IMG/VR virus record: IMGVR_UViG_3300007609_000011
Location: 1 to 64,000 of that record
DNA: 64,000 nt
From: an uncultured virus (IMG/VR IMGVR_UViG_3300007609_000011)
Lineage: Duplodnaviria > Heunggongvirae > Uroviricota > Caudoviricetes
Reading direction: 5' to 3' (one strand)
Under the pieces are notes generated by a model. That model saw only the letters and a program-made list of their open reading frames with translations. It was not told where the DNA came from and did not search any database. The position numbers and the translations under genes were made by a program. This document shows positions 21,202-30,169 of the stretch, piece by piece (position 1 is the stretch's first letter; every line of letters starts with the position of its first letter).

Positions 21202-21216
21202 TGTGATTCTCCTACT

Positions 21217-21840
21217 TTACTTGAGCCCTGAAATTATATTTTTCAAAGCTTCAGCGATGTACTTTTGTGCCTTTGGATCGCCTTGGACTTCTTTCGAAGT
21301 TAAAATTGCCTTATAACCCCCGTCGGTATTCATTAAATGTTCATACACTGGGGTTGGATATGCTCCCGGAGCACTTGGTTGAGCAACAATATCAACTGTA
21401 ATGATTTCAAAACCTTTAACATTGCCGCCACCGTCGACTTCTCCCGAACCTCTACTAGAAACGCCTAATTTTACACCGCTTTCTAGCATCGTTTGAACGA
21501 GCTGTCCCATAGGTGTTGGAATAATTTTAAGCTTTCCATACCCATTAGGACCGTCCATCCACATTTTTGTGATCATATGACTAACACGATCTAAATTAAT
21601 TTTCAAATCGTCTGGATGATCAACTTCACCACATACAGAATATCCACCTGATACTTGTTCATTGAGCGTGTTTACAGCCGTTCTAATTTCATCAGAGGAA
21701 TATACCCTTTGATTTTGATTGCGAATATCGCCTTGTATACAAATACCAGACATATACAAAGACTTTGTTTCGCCCTCATCACGCTCCAACACAATTTGTG
21801 CTTGATCAAACGACAAATGTTCGCTGAGTGGTTGTCTCAC
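21217..21840 (-). CDS. gp21: Prohead protease (T4 gp21 family)
   Basis: NxRVY, GEVDHP, LDRVSH, GVSSRGSG and DIVAQPSAPGA motifs. Confidence 0.95.
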   Translation of the reverse strand: MRQPLSEHLSFDQAQIVLERDEGETKSLYMSGICIQGDIRNQNQRVYSSDEIRTAVNTLNEQVSGGYSVCGEVDHPDDLKINLDRVSHMITKMWMDGPNGYGKLKIIPTPMGQLVQTMLESGVKLGVSSRGSGEVDGGGNVKGFEIITVDIVAQPSAPGAYPTPVYEHLMNTDGGYKAILTSKEVQGDPKAQKYIAEALKNIISGLK

Positions 21841-21856
21841 TTATTTCTCCTGATTC

Positions 21857-22666
21857 TTACTTGAATAAGCTATTCTTGTTATCAGCTTGCTCTGCAGAAC
21901 CTTTCTTTTCAGCACCGTGTCCGGGCTCATTACTCATTTTAGTTGCGTTTTTAGAACCTGGAGTATTAACATTACCAGTGTTCATGTCTTTAGGTGAATT
22001 GCTCGAAAGTCCGCTTTCACTACCACCTTTAGCTTCTTCAGCTTGGTTTAAATTGCTTGCTGTTCCGCCCATATCATTTTTCATATTGTCAATTGTGCTT
22101 TTCTTGTTGTCAGCTGATTCTGCTGAACCTTTTTGCTCTGCACCGTGACCGCCTGCAACCCTATCTACATACTCTTTAATAGTTGCAAGTTCATCGTATT
22201 CTTCTTTGCTTTCAAAAGAAAAATCTTCTTCAGTTTCTTCAGCGTCCATATCCATATCCATGTCATCTTCGCCGTTACCTTGGAGTTCATCAAACTTTGC
22301 TTGAAGTTCGTCAACAATACTTTCTAGATCTTGGAAAAGTTCGTCGGTATCTTCTTCACCTTCGTCATCATCCATATCCATTTCTTCTTCGTCGTCTACA
22401 TCATTAATCAAGTCATCTGCAGGATCGACAGTATCGTCATCTTCTTCGTCAAGATCTAATTCTAAAAAAGACTCTTCAACTTCTTCTTTATCCTCGTCCT
22501 CTTCCTCGTCTTCCTCTTCTAGGTCTTCAACGTTTTCGTCTAAAAGAGTTTCGTAAATTTCACGAGACTTTTCAACCACATACTGATGGAAAAGCTCTTC
22601 TGCTTTTTCTTTGTCTTCATTAACAAGATGCTCTAGCATCTGTTCTAATAGATTGTTATCCGCCAT
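21857..22666 (-). CDS. Highly acidic prohead core protein (gp67/gp68-like position)
   Basis: D/E-rich low-complexity protein directly upstream of gp21; GHGAE(Q/K)KGSAE occurs twice. Confidence 0.7.
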   Translation of the reverse strand: MADNNLLEQMLEHLVNEDKEKAEELFHQYVVEKSREIYETLLDENVEDLEEEDEEEDEDKEEVEESFLELDLDEEDDDTVDPADDLINDVDDEEEMDMDDDEGEEDTDELFQDLESIVDELQAKFDELQGNGEDDMDMDMDAEETEEDFSFESKEEYDELATIKEYVDRVAGGHGAEQKGSAESADNKKSTIDNMKNDMGGTASNLNQAEEAKGGSESGLSSNSPKDMNTGNVNTPGSKNATKMSNEPGHGAEKKGSAEQADNKNSLFK

Positions 22667-22699
22667 GGTATTCTCCTTGATGATTAGGCTGCTGTGTAT

Positions 22700-22707
22700 T
22701 ATTTACA
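22700..22707 (-). promoter_or_regulatory. T4-type late promoter box (TGTAAATA) for the core-protease-capsid operon
   Basis: TAAATA core in the gap upstream of AAGGAG SD and ATG 22666. Confidence 0.6.
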
Positions 22708-22727
22708 TGATTGTAACATTTTCTGCT

Positions 22728-23363
22728 TTAAATGTTGCTTTTTTGATCGTTTTTGTCGGAGTAAATAGATCCTGGGTAGATTTTTTCAAAATCTTCGAAT
22801 TTGAAATGTCTTAAATTTCTGTGTTTCGGTCCTAATTGATCAGGTATAAACCCTTCATGTTCGATCACTCTAACAAACTCTATATTTTTAAATTCTTTAA
22901 TAGTTTTTTCGGTTTGATTTAACCAATTTCCATGATATGTTGCACTATCGGAAGATTTTTTATAATTGTATGTATTAGCGTACACATTATTAAACTTTCC
23001 TGAATCTCCTTTGTAGTCAAATCCAAAAATGTAGATTTCGTTAAATCCTTGAGTGCAAGCAAAATGCAAAGCTGTTGGGCCTGAGCTCCAGCCTTTATGA
23101 GGTGAGAAAAAATTTATGCCTTTTTTACTGTTAACGCCTTTGTTTGGGTTTGTCCATACTGAATGCTTTTTATGATATCCACTTGCAATAATTTCATTGA
23201 TCATTTTTACATCTACTGCAATCAGATAGTGCGGATCGAATTCCCTATAAATTGCATTACAGCCGAATATAGTTCCTTCATTTCTAATATGATTGTGATT
23301 AAGTTTTAGTCTACTTTTGCCGTTGCCGAGTACAAATGCAACTTTTTTACTCTGCTGGCTCAC
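22728..23363 (-). CDS. Putative sialyltransferase-like / MptE-Maf-type (DUF115-like) transferase
   Basis: AFVLGNGKS, FGCNAIYR, SSGPTALHFA and IYIFGFD motifs resemble the GNGPS/SSG/GFD motifs of GT29/GT42/Maf proteins. Confidence 0.6.
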   Translation of the reverse strand: MSQQSKKVAFVLGNGKSRLKLNHNHIRNEGTIFGCNAIYREFDPHYLIAVDVKMINEIIASGYHKKHSVWTNPNKGVNSKKGINFFSPHKGWSSGPTALHFACTQGFNEIYIFGFDYKGDSGKFNNVYANTYNYKKSSDSATYHGNWLNQTEKTIKEFKNIEFVRVIEHEGFIPDQLGPKHRNLRHFKFEDFEKIYPGSIYSDKNDQKSNI

Positions 23364-23583
23364 TCGGCGCTCCGTACATAGCTTTTACAAACTGAAGATC
23401 ATTTTCTTTTTCTTTATCATGTGCTTCAGTTTGCTTTCTTAAATAATTGATCTGTTTCAGTGTTAGTTTTACTTTTCTCGAATCACCAAAACGGACCACA
23501 GAGCTATCACGATCTGCATCATAACGCATATCGTTCTCTAAATTATTTTCATTATTAATATAAAAAAATTCGTACAAGAGCAT
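23347..23583 (-). CDS. Hypothetical protein, 78 aa
   Basis: Start reassigned to ATG 23583 (MLLYEFF), 4 nt after an exact TATAAATA. Confidence 0.7.
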   Translation of the reverse strand: MLLYEFFYINNENNLENDMRYDADRDSSVVRFGDSRKVKLTLKQINYLRKQTEAHDKEKENDLQFVKAMYGAPSEPAE

Positions 23584-23587
23584 AATG

Positions 23588-23595
23588 TATTTATA
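23588..23595 (-). promoter_or_regulatory. T4 late promoter consensus TATAAATA
   Basis: Exact match, overlapping the portal stop codon. Confidence 0.7.
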
Positions 23596-25309
23596 TTGTT
23601 TCAGTTCCTGTGTCGGTGTCTGTTCCGCCAACATCTCCAGCACCGGTATCTGCACCTGTTTCTGATTCAGGAGATAACGGCGATTCTGCTGATTGAACAT
23701 CTAAATCAGCAGAAATATTGCCTGGTGTAATACCAACTCCTCTTAATTGAGCTCCTGCATCTGTCGGCGAAGACAACATTCCGTTTTCTTCTCTCCACAG
23801 AGTTTCGTTTTCTGCAATTTCTTCTTCAGTTAATCCTAAGAATCTTTTCATTGCAAATCGCTTTGAAAGATAAGGATTTTCTGCAATAGCACCATATAAA
23901 TTTGCTCGTGTAGTATCTAATTCTGCTTGTCGATATGCCGCAAAATTTTGTGGCGGTGTAAAATTCAATTCAAATAAACTGTTATCTATGTTATATCCAT
24001 TATCATACAACCAGATTTTGAATTCTTCATCAAACACATTGATTACGTTTGACTGCAATCTTTCGCAGTATTTGTTAAAACGGAGTTCTTGTATATAAGC
24101 TGTGCCAACTTTTCCGTCTGCAATAACGTTCGCCGATTCGTCAATACCTGTGGGCAAATACGATGCAGGGATTCTCAAGGCACGGAAAAGCTTATTAGTA
24201 AAAAATCTTAGGTCAGTAATTTCGCCTAGGTTTGTTCCGCCTGGTAATGTTTCTACTTTTGATCCACGTCCTTCAGCAGTTTGTGGGAAGAAGTAATCTT
24301 CATTCACTGATAACGGATTATAACTGGCGTCTATCATATTCTGACCGCCGCCTGTCGAACTAGGTATTCGTCTTTGTTGAATTTCGTTTTTTACACGTTC
24401 CACAAATCCCATCGCCATATGTGCTGGCATATTACCTACATCGACATAAAAAATACGTCTTTCAGGAGCTCGTTGTATACGATAAATGATAATCGCATCT
24501 TCAAGTAATTCTTTTTGTTTGTAAACTTTAAACACAGACTCTAGCAGTGAATTGCCAAACGGATAGTTATTATCTAGGCCTTCGCTCATGCTAATATGGA
24601 TAACATGTTTTGCATCGATACTGACTTCGTTTTCTCCGTTTTGGAATCGTGTTCCTGGAGTTTGATTTACATTTCCAACATAACCTCTTCCTTGTGCTCC
24701 GCCGGTTGTGTAACTAGAAACTCCCGAAGGCCCATAATTCATACTACCCTGATCTTTAGTAAATTCGAGATCTTTAAGATTAATATTAATATCTTTTACA
24801 ACATAGCTGGTTGGGATTTTTCCTTCGCTTTCGTTTACTATAATCTTAGTAACCTTCGACGGATCAATGTGCAGCCATTTCTTAGTTTCTGGGTCTCTTA
24901 CAAAAAATGAATCGCCGTACTTGAACGTATTGCGCACAATCCTAAACATTCTTTTTTCAAACTGTTGATGCTTGCACCATTTTTGCAAAGCATCTTTTAG
25001 AAGTTTGACTTCCACAGCAGTAGGATTTTGTTTAAAATGAAATCTAAACGGAATATCGTTTTCTTTGTCTTTCTGTGTGCAGAATTCTGCAAGAATATCT
25101 AATGCGGCATTAACTTCGGAATCCATATCCATAGTATCGTACTGTGTATAACGCTCTGTCCTATTCGGAGAACCTGCATAAACATCAGGTAGATACGAAG
25201 AATAATTTGTTTTTGCAGGGCCCGGACGACTTCCGTTTCCTAGAGGACTATACGTTCCTTGCGGATTATCGCTGGTTTGTACTGGTTTAAAATATTTTTT
25301 CCAACTCAT
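23591..25309 (-). CDS. gp20: Portal protein (T4 gp20 family)
   Basis: EDAIIIYRIQRAPERRIFYVDVGNMP, EDYFFP and TLPGG motifs; likely start MSWKKYF at 25309. Confidence 0.96.
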   Translation of the reverse strand: MSWKKYFKPVQTSDNPQGTYSPLGNGSRPGPAKTNYSSYLPDVYAGSPNRTERYTQYDTMDMDSEVNAALDILAEFCTQKDKENDIPFRFHFKQNPTAVEVKLLKDALQKWCKHQQFEKRMFRIVRNTFKYGDSFFVRDPETKKWLHIDPSKVTKIIVNESEGKIPTSYVVKDININLKDLEFTKDQGSMNYGPSGVSSYTTGGAQGRGYVGNVNQTPGTRFQNGENEVSIDAKHVIHISMSEGLDNNYPFGNSLLESVFKVYKQKELLEDAIIIYRIQRAPERRIFYVDVGNMPAHMAMGFVERVKNEIQQRRIPSSTGGGQNMIDASYNPLSVNEDYFFPQTAEGRGSKVETLPGGTNLGEITDLRFFTNKLFRALRIPASYLPTGIDESANVIADGKVGTAYIQELRFNKYCERLQSNVINVFDEEFKIWLYDNGYNIDNSLFELNFTPPQNFAAYRQAELDTTRANLYGAIAENPYLSKRFAMKRFLGLTEEEIAENETLWREENGMLSSPTDAGAQLRGVGITPGNISADLDVQSAESPLSPESETGADTGAGDVGGTDTDTGTETI

Positions 25310-25310
25310 T

Positions 25311-27962
25311 CTATGTTCCTGCGTATACATTGCCTGATAGTGCTTTTATTGCATCTATCTGTTGTTTTGAAAGTCTAAGTTGTTCTGTAAGTACAGCAAC
25401 TAATTGAGACACTGAAGTAGTATTTAAGTCATCTGCATTTGTTGGGCTTCCGCCTTGGGCAGTTGAACCTGTGGATCCGCCAGTTGCCTTTGTTATTTCA
25501 GCTATAAGCTGTTTCATTGTTTCTTCGGTCATCTTATTTTCAGGATCTAAATTTTTAGCCATTGCTACTATTTCTTCCATAGTTTTCGATCTGTTTCCGT
25601 TCGCAGAAGCCGTTTCATCGTCACTGAACCACGAAGTAACGCTATCCCATGCACTAGACGCCGCATCAGTTGTTGCATCAACAATATCCGATCCGCTTGG
25701 TATCCAATTAGTAAACATTTTCCAACCTTCTTGAAGACTATTATACATTCTAGTTCCAATATCATCAACCCAATTAAATGTTGAAGTAAATGCTTCGTTT
25801 ATGTGCTCCCTTGCAACTTGTCCTTGGGCTATCCAATATTCGTCAGTTAACCACTCAGGCATAGAAGGGAACTTAAAATCAAATAGATCTTTCAAAGATC
25901 CAAATCCTCTAGTACCTGAACTGCCTGCCAATTCACTTTCATAGGTTGCCATCGTAAGATCGTTTCCGAATATTCCGGTTTGTGTGGTTGTACCACGCCC
26001 GCCGGCGGCGGAAGTTACATCGGTCGCAGTATCTCCTGCGAGATATGACCCTTGTTGTTCAGCAAACGTTTTTAATAATTGATCAGGACTTGAATAATCT
26101 AACAAAGATGCATTGTTGGCGTTTCTTATTTCAGTCTCACCTAGAATAGAATTTTCTAGTTTTTTAATATACTGTAACCGCGACTGTTCACGACGATTAT
26201 CTCTGTCTTCTCGATAGCGTTGTTGTGCCTGTTGCGCGGCTTCGTTTTCTTCGGCAGATCTAAACAAGCTCATAAAGGCAAGTGCCGCATCCATAAATGA
26301 ATCTCTTAAGAAAAACAGAGCATCGCCTATAGTAAACATGGCATTGGTGAAGAAAATACCCATATCTATAAGAGCCGCATCGAGTTGACTTCCAGCATCT
26401 GTAATATCTTCAAAACCACTGGTAAGCTTTCTTATAGCTCCTGTTATTGAATCAAGAATAATCATAAATGGCTGTAATGCAACTCTTATAACTTTTCCAA
26501 AAAATTCAACAAGGTCAAATAACGGAACTAATAACGATGTAAAGAAACTTGTTACCGAGATCAGTGGATCTATGAACTGTCTTAAGAATCCAGTTATACT
26601 GTCAAACATATCCATAACATCTGGTAAAATTCCACTGTCTGCCATTAATCGACTGAACATGTTCGACAGTTCGTTTACTCGTTCTAAAAATCTTTTACTG
26701 ACTTCTGCTAAAGCATCGGTTGTTGAAGTCGCCTCTTGCTGTGCTCTTACAGCGTCTATCAAGGAGTTTTCTTGTCTTCTACCTGCATCCGTTAATGCAT
26801 TAATTTCATCGCCTAAGACTCCAAATTGTCCTATGGTTGAAACTTGGGCACTTGATTGTCTAGCTGATTGTATAGTTAAATTAGTAAGAGAATTAGCTGT
26901 TTCTAAACTAAATCGCCCAGTCTGATCAAGAGCTCGACCAGCTTCCATTGCGGCAACTCCTGCTTCTCCTAAGAACGGAACTAATTTTCTCGATGCTTCT
27001 CCTGATGCTGTTCCAGAAATTACAATTTCCTTAAGAGCAGTTCTTAATGTCGGATCGTCAAACTGATTAATAAACAATCTTAGATTTTCAGCATCTGCTT
27101 CTCTTCCGGAAGCAATCATTGAATTTAATTGAGATTGAAATGCCGCGTCGGCAGCTAGATCTTCGTTTCTTCGCTGGGCTTCTTCTCGGGTTTGACCTGT
27201 CACTTTCGCTAATAGATCTAATTCTTTAAGATAGGACACAGTTCCTGAAACGTATTCTTGATTAGTTCTGTTTTGTCTAATCCCTACCCTGTTTACAATG
27301 CTGATGTAATTAGCCAACCCTTGATTTATATCTTGTGTTGTAAAACCAAGATTTGCAAGATCGTTTGCTACTTCGCTTGCTCTAAGCTGTCTGCCTAGTT
27401 CGGCAAATCTACGAGCTCCTTCGGCTGTATTTCCACTTAGCAATCTCAAAGCATCGCCGTTACTCTTTAGCAATCCGGCAAAATCTTGTAAATTTAATCC
27501 TGCATTTCCTGCGGCAACGGATACTTCAAGTATTTGTCCTCCAAATGATGCGCCGGCTTGAGAAGCTGTTTGAAATGCCCGTATATTTCTATCTATCTGT
27601 TCAGTATATCTTGAAAGAAATCTACCAAAGATAAAAATTTCGTCTGTGGCTTCGGATAATGCAGAACCTTGTAAATTTGCGATAGCAGACTGTTTTCTTA
27701 CTATACTGTCAAGAACCTCTGCGGATTTTGTAAGTTTACCAGCAACAGCACCGACTGCAAATGACAACGAATCAAGACTTGATTCTACAGCTCCGGTGCC
27801 TTTTAGAGATCCGCCAGAACCTGACCCGCCAGAAGTGCCGCCTCCTCCTCCGGTGTTTTTAATTCCGTTGATAGCACTTACGAGTTGTTTGAGGGTAGAT
27901 TCAGACGCTATTCCGTCTACTACTACATCTCCAATGTTGGGAACATTAATTGTTACAGCCAT
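25311..27962 (-). CDS. Putative tail tape measure protein (883 aa)
   Basis: Long Ala/Gln-rich helical protein with an amphipathic hydrophobic middle and Trp-spaced C-terminal repeats; next to the hub chaperone gene. Confidence 0.65.
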   Translation of the reverse strand: MAVTINVPNIGDVVVDGIASESTLKQLVSAINGIKNTGGGGGTSGGSGSGGSLKGTGAVESSLDSLSFAVGAVAGKLTKSAEVLDSIVRKQSAIANLQGSALSEATDEIFIFGRFLSRYTEQIDRNIRAFQTASQAGASFGGQILEVSVAAGNAGLNLQDFAGLLKSNGDALRLLSGNTAEGARRFAELGRQLRASEVANDLANLGFTTQDINQGLANYISIVNRVGIRQNRTNQEYVSGTVSYLKELDLLAKVTGQTREEAQRRNEDLAADAAFQSQLNSMIASGREADAENLRLFINQFDDPTLRTALKEIVISGTASGEASRKLVPFLGEAGVAAMEAGRALDQTGRFSLETANSLTNLTIQSARQSSAQVSTIGQFGVLGDEINALTDAGRRQENSLIDAVRAQQEATSTTDALAEVSKRFLERVNELSNMFSRLMADSGILPDVMDMFDSITGFLRQFIDPLISVTSFFTSLLVPLFDLVEFFGKVIRVALQPFMIILDSITGAIRKLTSGFEDITDAGSQLDAALIDMGIFFTNAMFTIGDALFFLRDSFMDAALAFMSLFRSAEENEAAQQAQQRYREDRDNRREQSRLQYIKKLENSILGETEIRNANNASLLDYSSPDQLLKTFAEQQGSYLAGDTATDVTSAAGGRGTTTQTGIFGNDLTMATYESELAGSSGTRGFGSLKDLFDFKFPSMPEWLTDEYWIAQGQVAREHINEAFTSTFNWVDDIGTRMYNSLQEGWKMFTNWIPSGSDIVDATTDAASSAWDSVTSWFSDDETASANGNRSKTMEEIVAMAKNLDPENKMTEETMKQLIAEITKATGGSTGSTAQGGSPTNADDLNTTSVSQLVAVLTEQLRLSKQQIDAIKALSGNVYAGT

Positions 27963-27988
27963 TTAAAAAAATCCAAGTTTTCTGCTTA

Positions 27989-28012
27989 TATAAATATCTA
28001 CACTTATTTATT
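27989..28012. promoter_or_regulatory. Face-to-face late promoter pair: TATAAATA (+, 27989-27996) and AATAAATA (-, 28005-28012)
   Basis: Both lie in the 61-nt gap between the divergent tape-measure and gp26-like genes. Confidence 0.65.
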
Positions 28013-28023
28013 GGAGAAATATC

Positions 28024-28872
28024 GTGGAAGGACAAACTGGTCACAATCCATTAGCACAATATTACAGACAGCCTAAGATTTATATAAAATTACCAAGCAA
28101 TGGAGAATTTTATCCCGAAGGAGCACTTGATAAAAGTGTTAACGAAGAATATCCTGTGTATGCAATGACCGCAAAGGATGAACTTTTGCTAAAAACACCA
28201 GATGCGTTGTTAAACGGACAAAGCACGGTTGATGTAATTAAAAGCTGTGTACCAGCTATTCTAGATCCATGGAAGATGCCTGTAATTGATGTTGACGCTG
28301 TCTTGATTGCTATAAGAATTGCAACATATGGAAACGAAATGGATGTCACACATATCTGCAAAGGTTGCGAATCGGAAGCAGATTATGTTGTTGACCTGAC
28401 TGACAGTCTAGGACATATTCAATCTATGAGATATGAAACCCGAGTTGATCACCCACCATTGATTATTCATCTTCACCCGTATTCATACAAAGACATGACC
28501 ACAGTTGCACTGAAAGCATTTGAGCAACAGCGAGTTTTAAAAATTGTGTCAGATCAAAACATGGAAGAAACAGAAAAATTGCAAAAGTTCAATGAAAGTT
28601 TTAACAAGCTGACGCAATTTACAATTGATACAATTACGTCAAGTATTACATCTATTGAAACTCCAGAAGGCGTTGTAACAAATTCAGAAATGATAAATGA
28701 TTTTATTAACAACACTTCAAAAGACATTTTTGAAAGCATTCAGACACACGTAAACGATTTTCGTGACAAGAGCGTATTGCCTACACAGAAAATTCAGTGT
28801 GAAAAATGTAGCGAGATTGCCGAAGTTTCAATTAGCATGGACATGTCTAATTTTTTCGCAGTAAGATCTTAA
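28024..28872 (+). CDS. gp26: Baseplate hub assembly chaperone (T4 gp26-like)
   Basis: KLPSNG, MTAKDELLL, D..LIAIRIATYG motifs and two CxxC pairs; GTG start with GGAG SD. Confidence 0.8.
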   Translation: MEGQTGHNPLAQYYRQPKIYIKLPSNGEFYPEGALDKSVNEEYPVYAMTAKDELLLKTPDALLNGQSTVDVIKSCVPAILDPWKMPVIDVDAVLIAIRIATYGNEMDVTHICKGCESEADYVVDLTDSLGHIQSMRYETRVDHPPLIIHLHPYSYKDMTTVALKAFEQQRVLKIVSDQNMEETEKLQKFNESFNKLTQFTIDTITSSITSIETPEGVVTNSEMINDFINNTSKDIFESIQTHVNDFRDKSVLPTQKIQCEKCSEIAEVSISMDMSNFFAVRS

Positions 28873-29084
28873 GACTGCCCGACGACCAGATCTTACTTGA
28901 AGGAAAAAAATTAGACAATGAAGCAAGGGCAATAAAAAAAGATCTCCTGCGTATCTGCTGGTTCATGCGCGGTTTAAATTATCAAGATGCACTAAATCTA
29001 ACTCCGGATGAGAGAGAAATCGTCGGAGAAATAGTAAAAGGTAATATGGAAACTACCAAGAAAAGCGGAATGCCTTTCTTTTAA
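28851..29084 (+). CDS. gp51-like hub/tail chaperone extension, probably reached by -1 ribosomal frameshift from the gp26-like gene
   Basis: The -1 frame is open from T TTT TTC (28851) to TAA 29084: FFRSKILRLPDDQILLEGKKLDNEARAIKKDLLRICWFMRGLNYQDALNLTPDEREIVGEIVKGNMETTKKSGMPFF; no SD-linked start of its own. Confidence 0.7.
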   Translation, partial: FFRSKILRLPDDQILLEGKKLDNEARAIKKDLLRICWFMRGLNYQDALNLTPDEREIVGEIVKGNMETTKKSGMPFF

Positions 29085-29677
29085 TTTGTTTTCAGTCCGG
29101 TGAACAGAGTTTCAAAATCTTCAAGGTCCATTTCAGGCAATTCACCCTGTGCAAGTTTATCCATAACGGGTTCGAATTGATTTTGGGCTAGATTATATCT
29201 CCCTGCTCTGAGATTATTTTTCATTTGTTTGAGCTGTGTAGCATCAGCGGTGTTTAATTTATCACCTCTAATCATTTTCTGTAAAATCTTTTGTTCAGGA
29301 GTTTCAGCTTGTCTCACAATGTTTTGCAATGCAGAGGTATCTTGAGAACTGATCGCATTTCCTTTGTATGCTGACTGAAATCCTTGCTGGTATGAATCAG
29401 ACGCTGATCGAGCTGTTCTGCCCACGGCTTTAATCGCGTCTCCAGGAGCTTTTAGTGCATTAATGCCTGCTCGGGCTACACCTCTAGCCGCACCTGCTAC
29501 GGCTTGTTTAGCCGCCGCACTAGGCGATGAAGGTATTAATGTTCCTATGGCTTTCTTTGCTATACTACCGGCAGCACCTATCATCGAAGGCAACGGAATT
29601 GCTTCATCGATATGATTGTCTCTCAGTAATTCTTTTTTGAAATCACGATACGATGTATCAAAATCATTTATTTTCAT
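29081..29677 (-). CDS. Hypothetical late protein (possible internal head protein)
   Basis: Ala-rich ORF; TATAAATA (29683-29690) lies 5 nt before ATG 29677. Confidence 0.7.
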   Translation of the reverse strand: MKINDFDTSYRDFKKELLRDNHIDEAIPLPSMIGAAGSIAKKAIGTLIPSSPSAAAKQAVAGAARGVARAGINALKAPGDAIKAVGRTARSASDSYQQGFQSAYKGNAISSQDTSALQNIVRQAETPEQKILQKMIRGDKLNTADATQLKQMKNNLRAGRYNLAQNQFEPVMDKLAQGELPEMDLEDFETLFTGLKTN

Positions 29678-29689
29678 AATCATATTTAT

Positions 29690-29764
29690 AACGAGCTAGA
29701 GCTCGTTTGCGTTTTCGCTAACGCTCAACGCATTTTTTTAATTATTAACTGCGAAGCAGTTTAA
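29690..29764. other. Cluster of three DNA hairpins including a GCGAAGC mini-hairpin
   Basis: AACGAGC-TAGA-GCTCGTT, TGCGTT...AACGCA and AACTGC-GAA-GCAGTT. Confidence 0.6.
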
Positions 29765-29766
29765 GT

Positions 29767-29847
29767 ATTATCTAGATTGTTCGGTCATAAAGAGCCCGTT
29801 GCGGGGCTCAATATTTTCTGCACATTATCTGAGTTGCACAGTCATAA
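29767..29847. repeat. Two 24-bp imperfect direct repeats (ATTATCTnnnTTGnnCnGTCATAA) flanking a hairpin
   Basis: 29767-29790 and 29824-29847 are identical at 18 of 24 positions. Confidence 0.65.
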
Positions 29848-30169
29848 CAGCATTAGGATTATATGTATTGCTACACTCACAGGCGGTTGGCCGATACCTG
29901 CTCATCCCGTTCGAGTTTCTTGTTGTCCAACGGCAGTCATGCATATAAAATGCTGTCTTCTACGCATGACCTGGGTTTATTCCCATCCTTAGCCTTTAAT
30001 GAATTCTTTTTTGTAAACGTGTCAAATCAGTTCATTAGGCATATCTGATCAGCATCATTTGGTAGTGACACGAGTCTCCGCCGTCAAACGGACATTCAAT
30101 TCCCTGCGCTACACATGTGCCAGGTATAAGTCCACCATATCTGCGCCGGTGGGGGCTTAATTGACGGTG
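29790..30169 (-). ncRNA. Candidate large structured non-coding RNA of unknown family downstream of the GIY-YIG nuclease
   Basis: At least nine nested stems, GCAA tetraloops and G-U pairs that work on the minus strand, one 8-bp pseudoknot; no credible ORF. Confidence 0.6.

Noticed and set aside
29777..30048. Short ORFs 29777..29992 and 29863..30048
   Set aside because: No SD, Cys/His-rich unnatural composition, and they overlap the structured element.
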